Virus record (IMG/VR): IMGVR_UViG_3300021255_000136
Coordinates: 1 to 64,000 of that record
Reading direction: 5' to 3' (one strand)
Source of the DNA: a virus
Lineage: Duplodnaviria > Caudoviricetes
Length of the DNA stretch: 64,000 bases
The position numbers and the translations under genes were made by a program. This document shows, piece after piece, positions 58,033-64,000 of the stretch. The notes beneath the pieces are model-generated. The model ran no database searches and was not told the DNA's origin. It saw nothing but the letters and a program-made list of their open reading frames with translations. Each line of letters starts with the position of its first letter. Position 1 is the stretch's first letter.

Positions 58033-58194
58033 TCACCCTTTCTGAGTAAAATCTATATCACAGCTGTCAACCCCGCAGGTGTGATCCTTTTTATTGAGCC
58101 CCAGCTTCGGCTCATGTTCACAGCACCAGCAGAGATCTTTCCCTGCCGGTACCGTCTGTCCGCATTTTCTGCACTTCGGCAGATCATTCTCCAT
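58033..58194 (-). CDS. small zinc-ribbon protein (53 aa)
   Basis: KCRKCG...LCWCC; start at ATG 58194. Confidence 0.6.
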   Translation of the reverse strand: MENDLPKCRKCGQTVPAGKDLCWCCEHEPKLGLNKKDHTCGVDSCDIDFTQKG

Positions 58195-58357
58195 CTTCTC
58201 TGTCATGTAGCTGCCCCCAGATAGCATCCGCCTCGCGCTGGGTAGCTTCCCAGTGGGAGTCAACGATTTCCTCAAGATCGACCACTTTCTTAAAAAGCAT
58301 CGCATCCGTAAAAATTAAAAGTGCAATTGCAAGAGCCAATAATATAATAGAGATCAT
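58184..58357 (-). CDS. small single-TM protein (57 aa)
   Basis: Read by hand: MISIILLALAIALLIFTDAMLF...; AAAGGAG SD; fills the gap. Confidence 0.65.
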   Translation of the reverse strand: MISIILLALAIALLIFTDAMLFKKVVDLEEIVDSHWEATQREADAIWGQLHDREDGE

Positions 58358-58359
58358 TT

Positions 58360-59484
58360 TTATTCTCCTTTAATCTGGTCGGGCTTTACCCAACCGTATA
58401 CATCAGATTCATTCGGGGCCAGGTGATACGGGAACTTAGCTCCGAGTTTTATGGAAGTGATTTTCGCTTTGCCCGGTTCATAGCTCTTGCCCATATCTAC
58501 ATTTGAGGATATCCGCGCCTTGCCACCCGTGAAGGTAACAATCTGGCCGAGCTTCAGTTCCTTGTTCCCTACCTCTTTATACCGCTCGTTCAGCTTGCCC
58601 ATAGTGTCCGGACCAACTTCGCCATCCATGAGAAGCCTGTTCCTTTCCTGGAACTTCATCACTGCGGATAGTGTCTGATCACCAAACTTACCGTCAGCTT
58701 CACCGGTATAGTAGCCAAGTGCTTTCAGTTTCTTCTGGACATCCAGCACCTCTTTGCCCCAGTCACCATACCGCATAATATACGGATAGTCGTCGTGGTT
58801 GATATGCGTGGGATCTTCATAAGGAAGAAGGTCAGGATTAACAACCGGATTAATACCATCAGTTGTCTGCGTGTTGTGCGGATACCGGAGAACTACTCGC
58901 CACGGGAAATTGTAATATTGCATGACGCGGATCTCTCTCCCTGTCTGATCACCAGGTTCAGGATGTCCATCAGTACCACCAGCCTGAACGATCCGGCCAT
59001 TTCCGACGTATATAGCCGTATGATCCCCTGCATGCTGCGGAGTCTTATCCTCAAGAAGAATATCTCCTCGGACCATTCCAGCGCAGTTGGCAAGGTTAAC
59101 CTGATTAGTTACATCCTTAAATCCACAAGCCAAGAAAGCATCACGCATATTCCCGGTGTACGAAGCACCCTTTTCCATCACAGGAATACCTGCTCGTTGC
59201 ACCACGTTGCTAACCAGACTGGAACAATCATAGTCAGGATCGCCGTTGCGCCGTGCCTGAGAATATCCATGAGAATTGTCATTAGCTACGTTCTCGGCGT
59301 CTCTAACATAATTCTCTACCTTATCGAATCTATCATTGCCACCGGTTATAGGAGCTGTATCGCCTTTCATCCTGCGCTCACACTCTTTACAAAATCCGGG
59401 ATCTTTTTTACCACGGGAGAGGTAGTCTCTCCCGCAGTACTTACATGTTAAAGTTTCGGCTGGGCCGTTTATAATAATACTCAT
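58360..59484 (-). CDS. endolysin: NlpC/P60-type peptidase + PG_binding_1 domain
   Basis: YDCSSLV (catalytic Cys), GDILL...HTAIYVGNG (His); GDWGKEVLDVQKKLKALGYY..EADGKFG..T..AV..FQ....L..DG.VG..T. Confidence 0.9.
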   Translation of the reverse strand: MSIIINGPAETLTCKYCGRDYLSRGKKDPGFCKECERRMKGDTAPITGGNDRFDKVENYVRDAENVANDNSHGYSQARRNGDPDYDCSSLVSNVVQRAGIPVMEKGASYTGNMRDAFLACGFKDVTNQVNLANCAGMVRGDILLEDKTPQHAGDHTAIYVGNGRIVQAGGTDGHPEPGDQTGREIRVMQYYNFPWRVVLRYPHNTQTTDGINPVVNPDLLPYEDPTHINHDDYPYIMRYGDWGKEVLDVQKKLKALGYYTGEADGKFGDQTLSAVMKFQERNRLLMDGEVGPDTMGKLNERYKEVGNKELKLGQIVTFTGGKARISSNVDMGKSYEPGKAKITSIKLGAKFPYHLAPNESDVYGWVKPDQIKGE

Positions 59485-59499
59485 ATTATGTAATCCTCA

Positions 59500-60123
59500 T
59501 TATGTAAGGTAGACTTGATATACTTTTATTCCGTTACCGCCATTTAATGCGCCTACACCGACTAACTTACTCCCGGTAACAGACGAAATATCCAAGGTAA
59601 CCGCTGTTTTCGATGAAGCTGCGTTGAGGGCCAAGCTTTTTTCCAGCGTATATGGGCTCGGCGTTGTACCTGCTTTCCAATAGCCTAAGTGGCCGAGGGT
59701 ACCAGGGCCGGTAGCGGTATACTGTAAATGCAAAGTGGAATAACCAGACAGGTCAATAGCCGTCGTAGCATAGCCTACTTCGCGTATAGTCAAGCAATCA
59801 GAACCCGCTGAACTGCTGGCATCGTATGTCCACGCCACATCCTGTGTGCCATCGTGATACAGATACTTCGTCAGCGTAATCGTCAGATTCACTGTCTGCC
59901 CGACTGACGTGACGGATGCGTTCGCGCTCTTCGTTATAGAACCGGACTTTGCTGTACACACCCATGTACCTATCTTCGGTACGACAAAGCTGGCCACACC
60001 GGAACTGTTCGCCGTTGCTGAGAAGGAGTACGGAGATAATACACAGGTTACCGTAGCACCGGCAGTGGTAGTGACTTTCACCGTGGCCACATGCGGACGA
60101 CCGGTTACAAGATTAAGTATCAT
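59500..60123 (-). CDS. tail/receptor-associated beta-rich protein
   Basis: T/S/G/V-rich; SGVASFVVPKIGTW; IDLSGYSTL motif; position after fibres. Confidence 0.6.
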   Translation of the reverse strand: MILNLVTGRPHVATVKVTTTAGATVTCVLSPYSFSATANSSGVASFVVPKIGTWVCTAKSGSITKSANASVTSVGQTVNLTITLTKYLYHDGTQDVAWTYDASSSAGSDCLTIREVGYATTAIDLSGYSTLHLQYTATGPGTLGHLGYWKAGTTPSPYTLEKSLALNAASSKTAVTLDISSVTGSKLVGVGALNGGNGIKVYQVYLT

Positions 60124-60184
60124 AGGAACTCACTTCCATTTGTTATCAATCTGCGCTGTGATGATCTGCTCAAGCTCATCCCTG

Positions 60185-60484
60185 TCAAGCATTCTCTTCG
60201 CCCTCCGGTTCAGGTTCAGGAGTAGGCTCGGGTTCAGGTTCCGGCTCAGGTTCGGGCTCAGGGATTCTGTCATCGATAGCTACATCAAACGTCATACCTG
60301 TCAGGTCGAGGATATGGCAGGCAACATAGTCGGTGTCTGCGTTGCTACCGTAACCATAGGCACCGAGGTATGCATGGAATGACTGACGCGCTCCATTCAG
60401 CGTGTCCTTTACCACTACGCCTTTGTCCCAGGTGTCAGTGCTTGCAATGTGCTTAATTTCTACGAGAAAATATTTTTCGTTCAT
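60185..60484 (-). CDS. hypothetical protein with PE-repeat tail
   Basis: GGAGG SD; PEPEPEPEPEPEPTPEPEPE. Confidence 0.7.
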   Translation of the reverse strand: MNEKYFLVEIKHIASTDTWDKGVVVKDTLNGARQSFHAYLGAYGYGSNADTDYVACHILDLTGMTFDVAIDDRIPEPEPEPEPEPEPTPEPEPEGEENA

Positions 60485-60499
60485 TTTATTAATCCTCCA

Positions 60500-62815
60500 T
60501 TAATTAAGAATAACTATGTTTACAGTTATTGCCGCAGTTGTATTTGTATCCGCCGTAAAAGTGAGTTTGCCAGCTGCCTGAGCTGAACAACGTACTCTAT
60601 GGTCTACCCATTGAACCCAGGATGCGGGCGCGGGTGCAATCAGTACGGTGTTAGACGCCGTAACATTACTATTACTCCAAGTCCATGATTTAGCATTCGT
60701 TGCAAGAGTCGCTGTAGTTGCTATCTTTGCTGACTGCGCTCCTATATTCGCCGGAGTCAAGTTTACGTTTCCAGTACGATAGCTGGACTCTGAATTACCT
60801 TTAACCCCAGTAACTGTATTCACCTGAGCACCAGAAGCGATGCCGTCCAGCTTCTTCTTATCCGCCGAAGACATCAGGCCGTTAGCGGATTGGGTGGCTG
60901 CTGAGTACGTTGTGTTTGTCCAAGGTACATTTACGTACATCTTCTCGCTGGATAATTGAACAGCGTAGTTTTTATTCGTGGCGTCAGTCGTAAAACCGAC
61001 CTTGACACCACCTCTAGTTCCGCTTGCTGCCAACGGGAGCGAATACGCATTAGCACCGGCCGCTATCCCATCAAGCTTTGTCTTATCCGCTGCTGTCATT
61101 AAGCCATGAGCGGACTGAGTCGCATCGCCATACGTGGTGTTCGCCGAAGCAATTGTTATCTTATCATTCGTAGCATCAGGAGTAAGAGTAACATTGTTGC
61201 CTGCTACAAGAGTGATGGCATCCGTTTTGGAGTCGGCATCTATGTTTATTGAACCAACCGTGAAGCGAGAGAACGCATTCTGATTAACCTCCGCCCCGGA
61301 AGAAATTCCGGAAAGTTTAGTTTTCTCATCAGACGTATAGTCCTCTGTCGATAGTCCTTTCCCATCAACCTTGTCCACCTTTGTATCATCACTCGGATGT
61401 ACATGGTCCTCTCTTGCATAAAGAATGGACGAACCTACAGCAGCAGTTCCGTCCATAAGCGGTGTACTGGCCCCCGGGTTCGCATCCTGCCCGTTATAGA
61501 CATCAAATGTTCCAGCCGTAGTTCCGTCAGACTTGTTCACAGTATAGGTGTCAACTGTCCCCGGAGCACCAGTACCGGATGTCTTACTCACGGTAGTTAT
61601 GCTTACACCTTGGATACCCTGTTCGCCTTGGATACCCTGTTCGCCTTGGATACCTTGTGGACCTCTCAGACCCTCCAGTTGAGTCGGGGTGAAATCGCTA
61701 TACTCGAACGCATCACCTTTCGGACCTTGAGGACCGGTCTCGCCTTGAATACCTTGTGGGCCTCTCAACGCTTCCAATTGCGCAGGTGTAAAGTCGCTAT
61801 ACTCGAACGCATCGCCTTTCGGTCCTGTCTCACCTTGAATACCTTGTGGACCCCGAAGTGCTTCCAGTTGAGCCGGGGTGAAATCGCTGTACTCAAACGG
61901 ATCGCCTTTCGGACCCTGTGGGCCTGTTGCGCCTTGTATACCTTGAGGACCTCTCAGTCCTTCCAGTTGTTCCGGAGTAAAATCGCTGTACTCAAACGGA
62001 TCACCCTTTTCGCCTTGAGGGCCAACTTCTCCTTGAATACCCTGTGGACCTTGAATACCCTGCGGGCCTCGTTCACCCTGGATGCCCTGAAGACCGCGTT
62101 CGCCCTGATATCCTCTCGGGCCTTGTTCACCCTGCGGACCTGTTGGCCCGGTAAGAGCTTCCAGTTGTTCCGGTGTAAAGTCCTCATAAGTAAAAGGATC
62201 GCCCTTCTCACCTTGAGGCCCAACATCGCCGGTATCCCCCTTCGGTCCCTGCTCTCCGGTATCGCCCTTGTAACCTTTCAAACCATGGAAAGCCAGAGAT
62301 AGTATTCTGTCCCCAGCTTCTCCTTCAATAGCGTATTCCACTGTTGGCGTACCATGCGTATCATCAACTGTTACTTCCGCATGCGTTATCCGATCCCGTA
62401 AAGCCGCTGTAGCTTTGGCATCGATCTGTTCAGCAACGGAAGGACCTAAATCCGGAAGATACCCATCGTCCGCTGTATTGGATGGGTCGATCACAATACT
62501 CTGTACACTAGTGACCAATCTCTGGGACATCTCCATATCATCGAGAACTTCTCCATGCAGATACACATCCCATACACCGGAAGGAAGATTAAGCCCGGAC
62601 TCGGCAGGTATACAGTCGTCTATCAGATTAAAGACGTACTCTTCATCCTGGTTGTAGTCTGGGTTATAAAAATGCGCCCACTTAGAAGCGCCGTCCCATT
62701 CCGGAGATCGGAACGTGAACTCGGCTGTACAGACATTCAGGTTATCTGTCACACCTCTTGTTGGCGTTAGTAAATCTAGTTTTTCTTTAAATACCGCAAA
62801 TTTAAACTTCGCCAT
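60500..62815 (-). CDS. collagen-like tail fibre with BppU-like N-terminus
   Basis: Gly-X-Y runs interrupted by five DPF/DAF-xYxDFTPxQLExL units; [20 protein letters not shown] repeats; GGAGG SD. Confidence 0.85.
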   Translation of the reverse strand: MAKFKFAVFKEKLDLLTPTRGVTDNLNVCTAEFTFRSPEWDGASKWAHFYNPDYNQDEEYVFNLIDDCIPAESGLNLPSGVWDVYLHGEVLDDMEMSQRLVTSVQSIVIDPSNTADDGYLPDLGPSVAEQIDAKATAALRDRITHAEVTVDDTHGTPTVEYAIEGEAGDRILSLAFHGLKGYKGDTGEQGPKGDTGDVGPQGEKGDPFTYEDFTPEQLEALTGPTGPQGEQGPRGYQGERGLQGIQGERGPQGIQGPQGIQGEVGPQGEKGDPFEYSDFTPEQLEGLRGPQGIQGATGPQGPKGDPFEYSDFTPAQLEALRGPQGIQGETGPKGDAFEYSDFTPAQLEALRGPQGIQGETGPQGPKGDAFEYSDFTPTQLEGLRGPQGIQGEQGIQGEQGIQGVSITTVSKTSGTGAPGTVDTYTVNKSDGTTAGTFDVYNGQDANPGASTPLMDGTAAVGSSILYAREDHVHPSDDTKVDKVDGKGLSTEDYTSDEKTKLSGISSGAEVNQNAFSRFTVGSINIDADSKTDAITLVAGNNVTLTPDATNDKITIASANTTYGDATQSAHGLMTAADKTKLDGIAAGANAYSLPLAASGTRGGVKVGFTTDATNKNYAVQLSSEKMYVNVPWTNTTYSAATQSANGLMSSADKKKLDGIASGAQVNTVTGVKGNSESSYRTGNVNLTPANIGAQSAKIATTATLATNAKSWTWSNSNVTASNTVLIAPAPASWVQWVDHRVRCSAQAAGKLTFTADTNTTAAITVNIVILN

Positions 62816-62828
62816 AGAGCTCCTCCAA

Positions 62829-64000
62829 TCAGAGATCCATGATGATCAGTTCTACAGATACATTAGAACCAGGTGCTGTGTCTGCGGCAAACGTCAGCTT
62901 ACCTGCGGTCTGACCAGTGCATCTTATTCTGTTATCCACCCATAGAGCATAAGATGTAGCAGCCGGAGCGCATATCACAGTATTCGATGCTGTTACAGCA
63001 GAAACACTTACCGTCCAGGAAGTGCTCCCGGAGGATAACGTAGTGGTCGTTGCCGTGTGTTTCTTCTGTACACCGCTTGTCTTTGCATACGTTACTGCTG
63101 CGTCTGCGATCTTCGATGTGCCAACAGCCCCGTCTTTAATCTTGCCGTTCGACACAGCACTGGCCGCTATCTTTCCTTCAGTCACGTTCAGGTCAGTGAT
63201 CTTTGCTGTAGTTACAGAGTTCGATGCCAGCTTTGCGTTCGTAACATTCGCATCGACGATCTTTGCAGTAGTAACCGCGCCGTCCTTAATCTTTGCAGTC
63301 GTTACAGCACTAGCACCGATCTTTCCCTCGGTTACGGCTCCAGCTGCGATCTTCCCTTCTGTTACGTTCAGATCTTTTATCTTTGCTGTCTCTACCGCTG
63401 CTGCACCGATCTTGCCTGCAGTTACCGCACCAGCCGCTATCTTAGCCTCTGTCACATTAAGATCGGCAATCTTATCCGTAGTGACATTAGCATCCTTGAT
63501 CTTACCGGTGGTTACCGCATTCGCCGCAATCTTACCTTCCGTTACGTTCAAGTCCGCGATCTTTGCTGTTGTAACATTCGCATCCTTGATCTTGCCAGTG
63601 GTTACCGCATTCGCCGCGATCTTGCCCTCGGTCACGTTCAGATCTGTAATCTTCACTGTCGTAACGGCATTAGTAGCAAGCTTCGCCGCAGTTACACTGC
63701 CATCCGCCAGCTTTGCATCCGTAACAGCCAGATCATTGATCTTTGCCGTTGTTACAGCAAGATCCTTAATCCTCTGTGTAATAACCGCGTTGTTCGCAAG
63801 CTTCGCATCAGTTACACAGTTCGCGATCAACTGGTTCGTTCCAACGGACGTTAGAGCTAACTTCGCTTCGGTAATAGCGCCGTCAACCAGAGCATCGCCG
63901 CCCAAAGTGCCAAGTGCCAACTTATCACCGGTAACCGCATGATCAGCGATCTTATCGGTTGTGATCGCACCGTCTCTTACAGTAGCGGTTGTTACTGCCT
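62829..64000 (-). CDS. tail-fibre-like protein with 10-aa repeats (5' end outside window)
   Basis: AVTTAKIxDL/[10 protein letters not shown] repeats; frame stays open to the window edge ([20 protein letters not shown]...). Confidence 0.85.
   Translation of the reverse strand, partial: AVTTATVRDGAITTDKIADHAVTGDKLALGTLGGDALVDGAITEAKLALTSVGTNQLIANCVTDAKLANNAVITQRIKDLAVTTAKINDLAVTDAKLADGSVTAAKLATNAVTTVKITDLNVTEGKIAANAVTTGKIKDANVTTAKIADLNVTEGKIAANAVTTGKIKDANVTTDKIADLNVTEAKIAAGAVTAGKIGAAAVETAKIKDLNVTEGKIAAGAVTEGKIGASAVTTAKIKDGAVTTAKIVDANVTNAKLASNSVTTAKITDLNVTEGKIAASAVSNGKIKDGAVGTSKIADAAVTYAKTSGVQKKHTATTTTLSSGSTSWTVSVSAVTASNTVICAPAATSYALWVDNRIRCTGQTAGKLTFAADTAPGSNVSVELIIMDL

Noticed and set aside
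61397-63942. Long + strand ORFs (301, 306, 265 aa) opposite the fibre genes
   Set aside because: Antisense frames kept open by the repetitive codon structure.
1-64000. Stop-codon recoding, diversity-generating retroelement or retron
   Set aside because: Genes, including the 7763-aa ORF, read through intact in the standard code; no suppressor anticodon and no reverse transcriptase motif were seen.

Overview
The window looks like a contiguous 64-kb piece of a temperate tailed phage, probably of a Clostridia/Bacillota host (GGAGG Shine-Dalgarno sites, sigma-A promoters, recognisable clostridial phage families). It appears to be in the excised/attP configuration: phage genes lie on both sides of an integrase plus a tRNA-Gln-derived att core at 24795-24838. 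Layout: (1) 1-3.76 kb, + strand array of small early genes ending at a terminator; (2) VRR-NUC gene and a 500-bp array of 23 GTCTTCAC octamers around an AT-rich palindrome (probable origin); (3) ImmA-like protease, two XRE repressors and a Bro-N antirepressor with identifiable operators; (4) 7-23.4 kb, replication operon (DUF2800-type nuclease, DUF2815-type SSB, family-A DNA polymerase, SNF2 helicase, primase-helicase) interrupted by a four-tRNA cluster; (5) tyrosine integrase and attP; (6) 25-31.7 kb, small accessory genes (ASCH, Lar-like, ThyX-like); (7) after a bidirectional terminator, a - strand late region with a 7763-aa polyvalent protein, a Q/N/A-rich virion-type protein, lysis genes and two tail-fibre-like genes, the last cut by the window end. 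The most unusual signals are a duplicated ~125-nt structured RNA with a covarying pseudoknot starting flush with the CCA ends of two tRNAs, two small +1-frame genes with their own SD sites nested inside the giant gene, and a long hairpin carrying repeated anti-SD motifs at 7.8-8.0 kb. Domain names come from motif recognition by eye; no database search was run.
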